From: Massalongia carnosa
Lineage: Eukaryota
Length of the DNA stretch: 64,000 nucleotides
Reading direction: 5' to 3'
NCBI GenBank assembly: GCA_965645245.1
Contig: OZ287080.1
Location: 620,001 to 684,000 of the forward strand
Shown: positions 10,601-24,624 of the stretch, one piece after another
Numbering within the stretch: position 1 is the stretch's first letter
How the letters are laid out: every line of letters starts with the position of its first letter
Notes under the pieces: generated by a model
The model's database searches: none
The model's input: the letters and a program-made list of their open reading frames with translations, nothing else
Told to the model about the DNA's origin: nothing
Made by a program: the position numbers and the translations under genes

Positions 10601-13600
10601 TGGTGTCGAACGAGCTGTGATGAACTTGCCAGTCGGGGTCGACCCCGTTGGTGGGATCTGGTCGCAAGTCTCGACCTCTGCAAGACAGGACATCTTGAAG
10701 ATGCAAGAAAAGCAATATTCGGGTGTCGATTATCGAGAAGTCGTTATTGACGATAGAACTTCCACGCCGCTGAACAACTTTTCAAGTATCGTAGATCTCT
10801 TGCAATGGCGAGTTGCACGTCAAGCGGAAGAGCTTTCTTATTGTACGGTTGATGGACGAGGTAAGGAAGGCAGAGGTGTCAACTGGAAGAAGCTCGATAC
10901 CAAGGTTGCAGCTGTGGCCTATTACCTCCAGCACAAGGCTAAAGTCAAGGCTGGCGATCATTTGATTCTCATGTATACGCATTCGGAGGAGTTCGTGTAT
11001 GCTGTTCACGCTTGCTTCTGTCTTGGGGTTGTGACTATTCCAATGGCACCTCTGGATCAAAACCGTCTGAATGAGGACGCGCCAGCTCTTCTTCATATGA
11101 TTTCCGATTTTCGAGTCAAAGCAATCTTGGTCAATGCTGAAGTTGATCACCTCTTAAAGCAAAAGATTGTCTCCCAACACATCAAACAATCTGCCAATGT
11201 CCTCAAGGTCACTGTTCCACCAACATACAATACCTCCAAACCACCCAAACAATCTGGCGGATGTCGAGAACTGGGCTTCACAGTTAAACCTGCGTGGATA
11301 CAGCCCAGTTATCCGGTGCTGATATGGACATATTGGACACCAGATCAGCGTCGGATAGCTGTGCAGCTTGGTCACGACACTATTATGGGTACCTGCAAGG
11401 TGCAAAAGGAAACATGCCAAATGACGAGTTCACGGCCTGTGCTCGGTTGTGTTAGGAGTACAAGTGGACTGGGTTTTGTGCATACATGTTTGATGGGTGT
11501 ATTTGTTGGTCAGTGCCACCACGTTGTGTGGACACTACTTTTTCTAACTATTCCCAGGCGCTCCTACGTATCTAGTTTCTCCTGTTGATTTCGCTTCGAA
11601 TCCTCAGTCTCTCTTCCTCACCTTATCAAGGTATAAGATTAAAGATACTTATGCAACGAGCCAGATGCTAGATCATGCAATGAACACGATGCCCGGGAAA
11701 GGTTTCACCTTACACGAACTTAAAAATATGATGATTTCCGCCGAGGGGAGGCCAAGAGTTGACGTTTGTAAGTTAACTTCTCGAATTTGCCATGCGAAAT
11801 GACCAACTGAACGGTACGTCTAGTTCAAAAAGTCCGCCTGCATTTTGCTGCTTCTGGTCTTGACAGGACTGCTATCAATACCATATACTCACACGTTCTC
11901 AATCCGATGGTGGCGTCTCGATCCTACATCTTCTGCGAGCCGATTGAACTCTGGCTCGACACCCGTGCACTTCGTAGAGGCTTAGTTTACCCTGTCGACC
12001 CTGACGCGGATCCTTCAGCACTGCTTGTTCAGGATTCGGGCATGGTTCCAGTAAGCACGCAGATTGCTATTGTTAACCCAGAAACCTGCAGATTATGTCA
12101 CATCGGCGAATATGGCGAGATTTGGGTCCAATCTGAAGCGTGTGTTAAGTCTTTCTACGGTTCTAAAGATGTTTTTGATGCTGAAAGATTTAATGGACGA
12201 ACTACTGATGGAGATCCTAATATGAATTATGTCAGAACCGGAGATTTGGGTTTCCTCCACAATGTAACGAGACCGATTGGTCCAGGCGGTCAGCAGGTTG
12301 ATATGCAAGTCTTATTCGTCCTCGGTGGTATTGGTGAGACCTTTGAAGTAAATGGCCTGAGCCATTTCCCACTGGATATCGAGTACTCGATCGAGAAAAG
12401 CCACCGCAACATTGTGCCTGGGGGATGGTGAGTCTCTATAAAATCTACCTTCACTACTAAAACAACAAATCTAATATGATCTCCGACAGCGCTGTCTTTC
12501 AAGCAGGGGGCCTTGTGGTTGTCCTAGTCGAAGTCATGCGAAAGGCCTACCTTGCCTCCATCGTCCCCGTCATCGTCAATGCCGTCCTCAACGAACATCA
12601 AGTCATCGTTGACATCATCGCCTTCGTCTCCAAGGGCGACTTCCCCCGGTCCCGTCTTGGCGAGAAGCAGCGCGGCAAGATCCTTGCCAGCTGGGTGACG
12701 CGAAAGATGCACACGATCGCGCAGTTTGGCATCCGCGACGCCGACGGCGCGGACAGCCAGATCACTGAGGTAGCGGAGCCGAGGAGCGGCGTAGGAAGCG
12801 TAGTGGGCAAGGGGAGCTCGTTGAGGAACGTCGAGACCATTACTGGTCCACATGGACGGAGAGAAAGCGTGCCGCACGATTATACCACCCTACCGACTGG
12901 GATTTCCGAAATGCCAGCCACGCAATACGAAAGCTCGATCGTGGAATCCCCTCCCATTCCCTCCGCAAATGACGATTATAACGACAACACTCCGACCGAT
13001 ACGCGAAACATGCAGTTTCCCCACGATAACCACAGCCACTACTCTTACCAGCAGCAAACCGCTGCAGATCTCCCCCCGGAACCTAATGTAGCCACGACAT
13101 TCTCGTCATCTCATCACCACAATCACCAACTCCCCCTTCAAGAGTACCCACTTCAGGACCCCCCCCCTCACATCCTTCTTCCTTACACTTCCACGTTAAC
13201 GAACATCGACGACTCCGCACCCCCTCCCCAACCCCGCTACGACTCCAAACCCACCCCTTCAGCCACAAGCAGCGACGCGCTCCCCATCCAGCAACGGCTG
13301 CAGCAGAAACTCCCACCCTTACCGCCGCTCCCACACGCTTCCAGCGCGTATTCCTCCATCACGGCAAATCAGGGTTTCGACGCTGGAGGAAGAGCAGGAG
13401 GGGGGGCGGGAAAACTGCGCATCATGAACGCCGACAGTGACGATGAGGCTGAATGGCCACGAGAGGCGATTATGCACATGAAACTTTCCGGCGGTGGTGA
13501 GGAAAAGAAAGAGGCGAGGGCGGCGGAGAAGAACAGTGTGCGCAAGGATGAGGGGGCGGAAAGAGATGCGGGGAGGGGCGGTTGGAACGGCTATGATGGT

Positions 13601-13624
13601 AGAGGATATGGGCATGCTATATAA
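7617..13624 (+). CDS. CPS1: CPS1/DIP2-family acyl-CoA ligase-like protein (DMAP1-binding domain + two AMP-binding-like domains), about 1946 aa
   Basis: N-terminal LDHELEEGDITEKGYQKRR; LAYIEFSRAPTGDLRGV, FLRTGLLG, YVRTGDLGF, FPRSRLGEKQRGK. Introns 11509-11557, 11768-11823 and 12428-12489 join the track ORFs in frame. Confidence 0.92.
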
Positions 13625-14520
13625 AAGAGCTATGTCGGGTAATTTTGGGGAAAGGGATTTTTCTATTCTCTGGTCCTGGTTTTGTATATTTTGGCGTTCT
13701 TCTCCTATTCCTTTCTTTCACTTTTTTTTCTACGGAAACATCCCGCTATCGTTTTTCACAAAAAACTCCCTCTATCAAAATTTCGATGTCTTGAAATTAG
13801 GCCTGCCTACCTCCCTACCTTGCACATATGTAAAACCTCTCCCATAACCAAAACCAACCAACCACCCGCAGGAGCAACCGCCAACCCTGTACCGTTGACC
13901 GCAGGACACCCTTTCTCTTTCTCTCTTCCCCTCTTAGTTCACCCCAGATTCCCCATACTAGGACATTTACTTTTTAACTAGATATACATATATACTAGGT
14001 ATGTTACGAGGCACCTAGAATAGGAATTTGGAATGATTTTTGACGGATCTTGATTAGTTGGTTTGAGAGATTTTTCAGTTTCGGGATTCGGTTTGGGTTC
14101 CCTTTTTTCTTCTTTCCCTTCCCTTCCAAATACGCTTCTGCATCACCTGTTCACCTACCTAAGTGTCTCTACCTCCACCTCCTAGCTTTATCTTTCTCTC
14201 CCGATGTTTATTGATTTTGTCAACACCTTTTTTTTTCAAAAAAAAGAAAAAAATTAATCAAGAGAAGGGAATGCTAGAGCAAGCATTTTTTGGGAACAGT
14301 TTCGGGGGGGGAGAAAGAAGGGAGAAGCGGATGCTCGGCGGAGGACGCGTGGGCGTTGATGGATAAGCAATCCCCCAAAAAGTAAAACTTTCTCTAGAAG
14401 AAATAGGAGGGAGCAGGAAGAGAGAAAGAAAGCTAATAAAAAAAGGGGGGACTTAATGATGCACATTCACGTTTGGTTCTGAGAGATTAACTGAAATGAA
14501 TCAACGAAGAAGAATTCTCC

Positions 14521-17177
14521 CTATCCCTTCCCACCCCTCTTCCCGCCCCCCTTCCCGCCCCCCTTCCCGCCCCCCCTGGCACCTCCCCGTTTTCCCGTAG
14601 CGCCTCCTCTCCCCGCCGCCCCGGCCGCAGGCGTTAGTTTCCCACCTTTCCTGCTGTCTTTCGTCTTCTTCTTGGCCGTCTCTACCCCACCACCGATCAT
14701 GGAGCCTTTGCCCTTTTTCCATGCCCTGCTTTCGCCCCGCTCGCGCTTGAGATCCAGCTTCTTCTTCCCCTTGCCGCTTAACTTGCCCTTTCCTTCTGCT
14801 TTTCCACCGTCGCCATCACCGCTAGCGCCATTCAGCTCCCGAGCCCCCTTCTCCTTACCTACCTTTTTCGCCTTCTCGCTTTCGAACCAAGTTCGTCGCG
14901 GCCTCGCGGCAATCTCCCCCGCGAAACCCACCAGATTCTCCCCTCGGCGCACCTCCCTCTCCGCTTCACCCATCGCCCGCTCCTCCCGCTCCATCCCCAG
15001 CACAGCCTCCACCTCGCTCTCGAGCTGGCTGATCCGTTTAGCGCACGAGTCGACGGCGACGGGATCCGGAACCCGGCTCACGACGCGCGCGCCCTGCGCC
15101 TTGGCAGCGCGCACGATGTCGCGCACAATTTTGCGGTCAGGTTCAGCGGCAATGGTGCAGGCTCGTCCGGGTAGGCCGGCGCGCGCAGTGCGGCCCACGC
15201 GGTGGAGGTAGATGGCATGGGATTGGGGGGGTTCGTAGTTGAGGACAGCAGCTACGGCGCGAATGTCGAGACCACGGGAGGCGAGGTCGGTGGCGAGAAG
15301 GTGGGTGGTACGGGAGGCGCGGAAGGACTCGATGGAGGCGATGCGCTAGTTGGTAGAGTATGTTAATGACGTAGAAGGTGGAATTATGTGGCAGGGAGAA
15401 AAAGGCGGAAGGGTGCAAGAGCTGGAAGATTTGATGACGGTCTTGCGAAACGCGACGAGGATGAGAAACATACCTGCTCTTGAGTCATATTTCCGTGAAG
15501 CTCCGTGACCTTTAGGCCGCATAGCCCGAAAATGATGCGGACGCGGTGGGCTTCGCGTTTTTGGCGGAAGAAGATGATGGCTTTGTCTGTGAAGACGTTT
15601 TCGCATAAATAGAGAAGGTAGGCCAAGCGTTTGTCTTCCCTGCCAGGACGCAGCCTAACAAACTCCTGGATCAACGTGACTACGGTTTGCTTCTTGGCAT
15701 CCACCATGAGACGCACGGGGCGGTTAAGACCCACACGGATAAGCTTGTCAACTCGATCGGTCATGGTCGCAGAGAAAAGCATCGTCTGCCTAGATTTCGG
15801 GATCGTGGTTAAGATTTCATTCAATTCATCGGCAAATCCATCTTCTAGCATGCGATCCGCCTCGTCAAGCACTAGGATCTCCAATGTGTCCACCGTAAAG
15901 CTGGCCGAGTTACGCATATGATCTATAAAGCGTCCTGGTGTGGCGATAATCACATCTGGCCGGCTCCTCAGCACCGCTTCTTGCTCCCGTAGGCTGAATC
16001 CTCCCACCATCTGACAAAAGGTGACATCGGTGAAGCTCGCCAGCTTTTTGGCTACGTTGAAGCACTGCACTGCCAATTCTCGGGTGGGCATGAGGATAGC
16101 TACTCGACTGGTGGGGACTTTCCTAGGCCGGTATAGCAACCGCTCCAATATAGGGATTATGAAGGCCGCAGTTTTCCCAGACCCTGTCACAGCACCTCCG
16201 ACCACGTCCTTTCCGAGCAAAGCAACTGGTATTGTCTTGTTCTGGATGGGGGTGGGCTCCGTGAAGCCAACCGAAGCGAGACCGCGTAATATAGGTCGAG
16301 AAAGTGACATGCCCTGAAATGAATCCAGCGATTTGCTGGCTCCTTGAGAGGGATCACCTGTCTCTTCAGGCGCAAAAAATGCTTCGCGGCGCGCTCGCTC
16401 GTCAGGACCATCACTCTCCTCTGTGGGAGAACCATCTTTGAGCACGTCGTTAGGGTGCGACACAGGTTCTGCGACCGATTCATTATCGGAGGCAGGACTC
16501 AAATCTTCAGCTTCTTTCATCCCTCCATGACCATCGTCCTCTTCTCCGCTATCCAGAACACCCATACCAAACCCATCTTCAGCCATGGTATCGTCGTCCT
16601 CTTGCTCTCCCAATACAGGCTCATTACCTTCCTGGATAGACCCATCTGAAACGCCAATTTCTTCGTTTTCCTTGATCTTTATGTCATCCTGGCGGTTTTC
16701 TATTCCCTGTCCGGCCCCAACTCTCCGCCTTCTCGCGATCAGCTCATCAATATCAACAGCCTTCTTATCCCCCAAAGCTTTTGGTGCGGTACCCGTGCCA
16801 TTAAGCCCCCACCCATCGAAGTCCTCCACGATCCCACCATTCCCATCACCAATCTGGAACTCAAATTCCGAATCCATTGCCCCATCGTCTTCGCCGTGCG
16901 CGGTCCAAGTCTCCTCGTCATTTAGAGATTCCTCCTCCATAAGGTCCGTCGCCACCGCTTTGCCCTTCTTTCGTTTCTTTGTAGTTTTAGAGTCATTATT
17001 TGCGGCGCTGTTGTAGACTTGAGGCTCTCCGGCGTTACGCTTGCGCTTCTTGGGGTTTTCTAGGTTCTTGGGGGGAGGTCCTTGGGCGGTAGAGGCTTTT
17101 TCGTAGTCCAAAGCTGGGAGACTCTGGTCGTTGTCAGAGATGGTTAGCACAAAATCATCTTCTACATAGGGGGCCAT
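14521..17177 (-). CDS. DRS1: ATP-dependent DEAD-box RNA helicase (60S biogenesis), about 842 aa
   Basis: Q motif [52 protein letters not shown], and [10 protein letters not shown] typical of Drs1/DDX27. ATG 17177, intron 15346-15473, G/K/R-rich tail. Confidence 0.93.
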
Positions 17178-17910
17178 AACGACCGGGGCTTCGCTTCTTG
17201 GCACGATAAGGTTCGTTACAACCTTACCTAGGTCGTTGATAATGTTGTCAATTTTGGTCGGAGGGTTTGGTATGCCAGCTTCCGCGACTTTAGGCGAACA
17301 GAAACCCTCAACTCTTCCGGAAAATCAGGTTTGTACGAGTACTTCAACATTAAACATTCTGATAGGTAGGACTTAAAACTTGAACAGTGCTCCGACCGTA
17401 TAATTTACTTTCATGCATACGAACAATTCATTTTATGTCAATGGCAAGGCACATCAAATCGTCATAAGATGTATTTTGGGGGACTAAGTATGTTAAGCTA
17501 AATGCACAAACACGCATCCTCTATGCCATTATCCATCTGTGTAATTTCCCTGAGTATGGGGAAAAGTTCGAAGCTGACGGCAGCTGAGCTCGTGAGGATC
17601 CAGCTATGTGGATCACGAGACGATGGCTCTAGGCCAAATATTCTAAAAAGACGCCAATCAAATTTACCGATCAGAGCACCAAAGATTGTCTAGAGACTTG
17701 GTCGCTCGAGATTCGGATAATTTGGGCAAGAGCTTTCTGGTTCGACTCGGAAGAAATTTAGATAGAAGAAAGTGGATCTGGAAAAAAGGTCGTTGTCGGT
17801 CATAAAAGATTGTCGGCAAAAATCGGGGTGATAGGTGAAGCGATCGATGAGTTATAGCACCTCTGTCTGGCTTGTTGACCATGGGTGATTGTAAAGTCCT
17901 CATTTAGCCT

Positions 17911-20900
17911 CTAAACCCGAGACGGAAGAACGCTGCCAGTCTCCTTGATCAACATGGCCAAGTTAAGCCTGTGCAGCCATATTAGTTTCAATCATCAAAT
18001 TATAGGGTTTCATCCGGACCTACACTTTGTCAAATTTGCGCCCAACTCCTGGGAGAGTTCCTGCGTGCTCAAAATGCCATTGCGCCAGCCACTCCTTCTG
18101 CCACTTAAGCGTACTCTCGTCCTTGGCGGGGTAAAGAATGTTGATGACGATATTACGGATGACTCGCACACCTCCTTGCTCATACCGAATGGGCTCCGCT
18201 CCACCATTAAACTTGACACCGCAACGGGCGGTGTAATGCGGGTCCAAAGCGGCGATCATCCGATCCACCAATGACTTCCCAATGCCCATCCGAAGGGTCC
18301 AGTTACCGACATACACTTGCAACTCGCAAGTGTAGCGGTAAGCATTGGTATTATCACCAAAGTCGTCGGCATAAGCAAACCCGCAAATGGTCTCATGGGA
18401 AGTTCGACGATTATACCCTCCACCGCGTGCGCTCAGCTGCACCGCCACCAAAAAGGCATAGTTCGATTCCGTCGCATCGATCCATCGTCCACGCCACTGG
18501 TGATCATTGAGTTTCTCCCGCTCTGCAGCGACCACGGAATGTTCGATGTAGTGATTGTAGATCTCTGCCACTTGGCTGAGATCTCTCGCCTCTGCGGGAC
18601 GAACATAGATATTGGCTTCGGGCTCGTGTGGATTTGGAGGAGGTACAAAATCTGTGATTCGGGCTCTCATCCCTTCACGGTAGGCTCGGCGCTCCGCTTT
18701 AGTCTCTTTCCTATCTACTTTAACTTTGGTACGATGTTTCTTGGCAGCATCTGCTGCTGTCTCATGGAATTTTGCTTTGGTGAAGTCATCGTCAGGGAGG
18801 ATGGTCTCATGGTCCTTGCTATCAATAGGTTTTAGGAGCACTGCAGCACCTGTCGCGAGGGCCTGTCCAGTCTCAAAGCCTGGATCCTTCGTGTTGAGAG
18901 CCACGGGATTATTCAAAGCTTCACCGGCACGTTCTTCAAGCCAGGCATCGATGGATCGGATATGGTGAGCGTCCGAGTTGTTGAATGATGGTCGGCCACC
19001 CCATTCCACAGGTGCAGGACTCCATTCACCATCCCAGCCAGCCAACGGATGCTCAAATTCGAGAGACTGCTTTTTGATAGGTTTGGCGTTTACAATAGAC
19101 ACTTTAGAACCCACTGAGATGTTGGAATTGATAATCAAAGGAGTCGGCGTACTCTCATCTTCTGCGGTGGCCCGCTCTTTGCCTTTGGAAGGCGTGGGGG
19201 TGATTTCAGGCTCTGGCGTTGCTGGTTCTACTTTCTCAGGAAGGGGGCCAGAACCGGTTTCTTTCATTGCTGATTGATTACTTTTCGGGGCCTGCTGAAT
19301 AGAAGTCACATTGTTAGAACCGTTAATATCCGCAAGAGGGCGAGATCCTGCTTCTCCTGCTTTCCCGGTGGGGTCGACTTTCGCCTTGAGTAATGACTGA
19401 GTTACGGACGGTCTTGGAACTGGAACTGCAACGGGGACCCTTAAGTGGGGAGGAAGCCATAGCCCATTCTCCTGCCGGGGTACAACCTTTGGCTTTTCAA
19501 AGATGTTAGCTTTTTCTGATGGGCCGGCGGGCGCCACTGATGGGGTAATCTCAGGTATCCGGAGGTGCGGAGGAGTGATCCTCACCACCGGGTTACAGCT
19601 AACAATGCTCGCCTCTGGAGTGCGGGCTTGGGAAGGTAAGGGGTGAATCTGGGTGACATGTTGAATAGCCTCCTTTAGGACTTTGTGTTTCGGAAGCTTT
19701 GCTAATGTAATCCTATAGGAGCTTCGATTGCTATTATCAGGCTGCGCGAACGAATCAGAGGAATCCCAGTTGCCGTACGGACGTTCAACAATGGTTGGCT
19801 CCATATGGTGGAAAGGAGGCGCGCGACGTTTAGGCCGGCCCAATTTGCTGCTGCATTCCCGCAAGCGCCCGCTGTTGCTGGTGGGGGTTGCGGTGGGGTA
19901 GTTGTGTAGGTTTGACTTAGGCCCCGTGCCTTCACTACTAACCCCTTTGCCAATCGCAATGTCATTGCCATGGCCAGTCGTAAAATTCTCCAAATTCCCA
20001 TTCCTCTGTGCATGTGCAGTCGCATTCATGCTCGCGTTCCCGTTCGCGTAATCATGGCGATCATTACGGCCAAAGCGATCCATGCGATTATTGCGCATCT
20101 TAGAGTTCTGATTGGCACACGGAAGTTCGGGTGCTGGACCATTAGTAACGGGCTTGGCGATGTTGCTGTCATCAACAGCTTTGCGTCCAGGTTGGAATCC
20201 AGCCGGCGTACCTGGCTGTACAGTACAAGCAGGTGTCGCGACCTTCATAGACTCACCATGAGACGCATTTGCTGGATTTGGATCATGCAACTCCTGTAAC
20301 GAATGCGTTGGGCCTGTCGCGGTGCTAACGGACCCTTGACGCTGACGCTCTGAAGGTTGAAAGCCTTGTCGTTGACGTTTACCCATCATGTGATTGTCGA
20401 CTTTCCAGTCAGGAATCGCTTTATCGCTCGTAGAATGATGACCAAGCGTATTTCTGCCGGGACTCCGGCCTGCGTTGATGGTCAGTATGTTTGGTGGAAC
20501 TCCAAGTATCAACTGGTTGATCATGGCTTCATTACCTCGGCCTCCTCGCAACACGCGCCCGGGCCCTTCAACGTTCATGGTGTATAACGGCTCGCCAACG
20601 GCACGATTAAACGTAGCCAGTGCTGGTGTGTGAGGCTTATTCAAAGAGCTGTGATCATTAAGAGTCCGACGGGTGTGGGGGTTAATTGATGTGGATGAGT
20701 AAGGTGGAATGGATGGTTGAAGTGACAAGTTCGGGTAAGAAAGAGAAGCCAATTCATCCCTCTGAACTTGCAGCTTCGGCATCCGGTTTGGATTCGGACT
20801 CGCATTCAACCTCCCCGCCGCAACTCTTTTCTTTCTCCACGATCTCCTTTTTCTTCCAGGTTCTCGGCCTGTCATGTTCATTTCAGATAATGTCTCTGAC

Positions 20901-23396
20901 CCGTCTACACTAGATGATATCGTTAAGTTTAATGCCCTCGTCTGCTCTTTACTATTACCAACCTTCTCCTCAGCATCCCGTACTTGTCGTCCCCCTTGGA
21001 TATAATCGTGTCCAAGGACTATGTGATTGTCAACTACGTTTCCAGGCTTCGGGTTTACTTGGTTGCATGACACAGCCGAGTCACCAGGCTCTTGTTGCTG
21101 GCTGCTGGCATTGATACTTGCATGACCCTCATCCTTGTCTCGATGCAAGGCGCCTGGTGCGCCTTGAACAACAGCCGCGGTGGTCGCTGTTCTTGGTACA
21201 GCCGGTATGACGGGCTGAGACGCCTCCCTACCAGACTTACCACTCCATACCTTGTCAAATCCATGATGTGTAGATCCGTCAGCTTTGACACGGGGGATCT
21301 CATCGATGTTGGTCCCGGTGTCAATTGGGTTTGTATTGGCATTCTTAGAGAGGATCTGGTGGACCTCTTGGAACTTACGTGCGCGAAACCGGGACTCATC
21401 AGAGTTTGCTGGTGAACGTTAGCTTTGGAATGACACTGTTCAAAAAGGTATGGATAGACATACCTTTGATGTGGCGCGCTCTTGGTACTTTTTCCACTTT
21501 GGCATCAACGGCTAATGTGATCGCTTTCGTTTCGATAGGCCGTTCTTGGATTTGTAGTGGCTGCTTTTTGCATTTCTCATACCTAGTAGATTGTTCTAAC
21601 TGTTTTCTTCTTATCAATTTAGCTTCCTTCTTTCTCTCGAGGAACTTTTTGTAATGTAGCTGCTTAGGCGTTAAATTTTCTTCTGTGGTTCCCAACGTTA
21701 GCTCATTCTTTGAACGTACACTTGGATTTCGGGATGAAGCCAAGCCTGGGCCTGAGTCTGATGACTTCTTATAGTTATTTTGAGGGTGTGTTCCTGCATC
21801 AGGTCCTTTCAACTTACCTTGAGGTGCGGTATCATCAGGTGAAGTACCCATAGCTTTGGTGTCTAACTTCGTTTGATCTGCGATTTTCCCTCTCAGAGCC
21901 GCCATGTTCTTGAAATCATCCCGTGGGGCATCGATGGGTGCGATGGCTTGTGGCTCGACAGCTGAGAGATTCCTAGTCTTTGCGTCAATGCCTTCAGGTT
22001 CAGCTGTTTCAGGAAAAAAAACGAGTGACGGGGTTGGGTTAGGTTCAGCAGTCGGAAGCGCAAAGGCACCACAATTATCTTCCAAATGCTCAATACTTGG
22101 CTGTGCGCTTGACAAAGGTTCAAAAATTACGGGATTTAATTCAACACTATGAGGGGCTCCACCAATTCGGGATTGGGGGGCCTCCGCATCCTCCTTGTTT
22201 TGGCGATTTACATGTTCGGACTCATTGACGCTGCTCTGTGCGTTACGGTCCCAAGTCTCGGCTCCCTGAAGTTCACCGAATACCGGAAACAGGTTGCTCT
22301 TTGATCCACCAAGACTTTCAGGCTCATCATTACCAGGCTCTTCGAGTCTTTGGTGAAGCTCAGAATCCCGGGGCATGATATCCACCAGCGACTGCATGCT
22401 GCAAGGTATATAATCAATATCGTGCTGGATCGTGGTGGTTTCGTCATTAACGTCCTGCGATATTATAACCTTCATCTGTCCGTCTTGACGCCTGTCAAAT
22501 TGCCGAGACGTAGAATTACTTGGAGACTGAGCACACAGCAACACACTAGCGTTTCCCGGGTCGGTGTCGTGTCGAGATACAATATTATATCCCTCAACAT
22601 GTGTTTTTTCGATGGGTTCGATAGCAAGGGTCGTCATGTGGTCTGTTAGACCCTCATGCGAGCAAGATTCTGGGGCTTTCGTAACATCTTTAATCGTAGG
22701 CTCTGAAGGCCCTCTTAAAATAGGCTTCGTTGATCTCTTCACGTCCTCTGAAATTTCACTCTCTAGGCGGTGTCTATCATATTTAACAGTGGCGCTTAAA
22801 CACTTAAGTATAACATTGGCCCTTTCTCTTTTTTCAGTCATAGTTGGGATGCTGTTTTTCATGCCTCTGCACCGTGAACAAAATGCATGTCTGCCGTCAT
22901 CATAAACAGAACATGGCCGCAGGGGGCGATCTGAGGCTTCCAAGGCTTCAACCAGATCCGTTGGATGTTCTTCTGGACCCTCCTGTAACGATTTCTCGAG
23001 AGGCGGGATACCATGTTCAAAACCCCTCTCCGGCTCTTTGGAAGGGGTTGGGATCATTTCTGGGCTCGGGTTGCCTTCAGAGGCTTTGCCGGCCTTTTCT
23101 GAAGCTGGAAGTTCATGATCCATCAACGTTACTGAAAGGATGAAGTCTCCATTATCACTCGTAATGTTCAATAAATTCGACGCATTCTTAACTTGAGGAA
23201 GAGATGAATTGTCAGTCGGCATGCCTAAGCATAAGCTCTTTTTTTCAGGATGTGGCGCATTATTAATCGACATCTTTAAACACGTATCCTGGGGTTCAGG
23301 AGGTAATGGAGTGTGAATCGCTATGACTAGAGGTACATTTTGGGGTTTAGGAGGCAACGGACTTCCGTCCGGCATGTTCAAAGTTATGTTCTTCAT
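17911..23396 (-). CDS. Very long (about 1790 aa) protein with C-terminal GNAT N-acetyltransferase domain
   Basis: The 678-aa and 1042-aa track ORFs join in frame through intron 21409-21463 (gtatgt...gctaac...cag); last intron 17969-18023. GNAT motifs YVRPAEARDLSQVAEIYNHY, ICGFAYA, ELQVYV...RMGIGKSL. Start codon uncertain. Confidence 0.75.
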
Positions 23397-23794
23397 TCCC
23401 ACATTCTCCTTCTGTGTTATACGAGAATGCCTCAAAATCTAGGTTTGAGAAGGAAAGATCCAGAACATTCAGGGGGTGGACATTGGGGCCGGCACAATGG
23501 GCTTGATACTTGGAGGTTTTCTGAAGATAGAAGATCAAAATTTCGCACAAAGTTTGTGGCTGAAGATGAAAAGCAACCCAAAGTGAGCATTTAAGGGCGA
23601 TTAGTATGGAACAAAGTCAGATTATGGCTGTTGTGGAAAGTTGAGGGAGGATGCGGCTGGGTCAGGCAGGTTTTGTACACGGGTATGAGCAAAGTCACTT
23701 CAAACGATTGCAACTAGCTTCACTTAACTACCTATTTCCAAGACACATTAATGTGACGCCTAAGTGACGCAAACGTGACGCCTATAGTGAATAA

Positions 23795-24624
23795 ATGCTG
23801 TCGATCCTGAGGAAAGCACGACTGAAGGATAAGGAGATGAGGATATTGATGCTGTGGGTAGGTGCGATCCGGGCGCAAGCCTCAACTGAATGTTCTCAGC
23901 GGGCTGGACAACGCGGGCAAGACCACAATCGTGAAACAAATCATGAACGAGGACGTGAACAACGTGAGTCCAACGCTTGGATTCATTATCAAAACCATTG
24001 ATCATGCTGGGTAAGCACGTTGATCGTGCGCTCAATAGGGCAACAGCTTTGTTAATGTATTAGAGGATAGTTACAAACTCAACATATGTATGGAAATCAT
24101 TCCGTCCTATCTGTGCTACAAATTGTTCTGATCAGGAGAACAATGTGATGAAGGGGATGTAGGTGGTCAGAAGACTTTGCGGTCCTACTGGCGGAACTAC
24201 TTTGAGAAAACGGATGCCTTAATTTGGGTTGTCGATGCGACGGACCGGCTGCGCGTTGAGGATTGTCGGGCAGAACTTGCCGGCTTGTTACTCGAAGAGG
24301 TCAGTCGTCCTTCATTATCAGTCTCCACTAGGCTCCATCGATGCTGAACCGTCGTCCAGAGGTTGATGGGAGCGAGCCTCCTCGTCTTTTCCAACAAAAC
24401 CGACGTCGGAGATTGCATGACAGACGAGGAAATCCGTCAAGTATTTCCCTCAGCTTCCTGAGGTCGAACGATCGACAAGCTGATTGCTTCAGGGGCTTCA
24501 ACTAGACGCCATCAAAACGCACAAGTGGACCATCGTTCGGTGCAGTGCCATCACAGGGGCGAATCTGCGGGAAGGGCTCGAATGGGTGGTTCAGGATGCC
24601 AAGGACCGACTTTTTCTTTACTGA
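23795..24624 (+). CDS. ARL2: ADP-ribosylation factor-like GTPase 2 (Arl2/Cin4/Alp41), 181 aa
   Basis: Exons 23795-23853, 23900-24010, 24071-24087, 24154-24299, 24360-24440, 24493-24624 give [29 protein letters not shown]...[21 protein letters not shown]...NKTD...CSAITG. Confidence 0.95.

Noticed and set aside
7617..13624. CPS1 as the core of a secondary-metabolite cluster
   Set aside because: No carrier or condensation domains, and neighbours are housekeeping genes; CPS1/DIP2 is a conserved standalone gene.
21395..21402. TGATG stop-start overlap suggesting translational coupling
   Set aside because: A canonical intron at 21409-21463 changes the frame and explains the junction.
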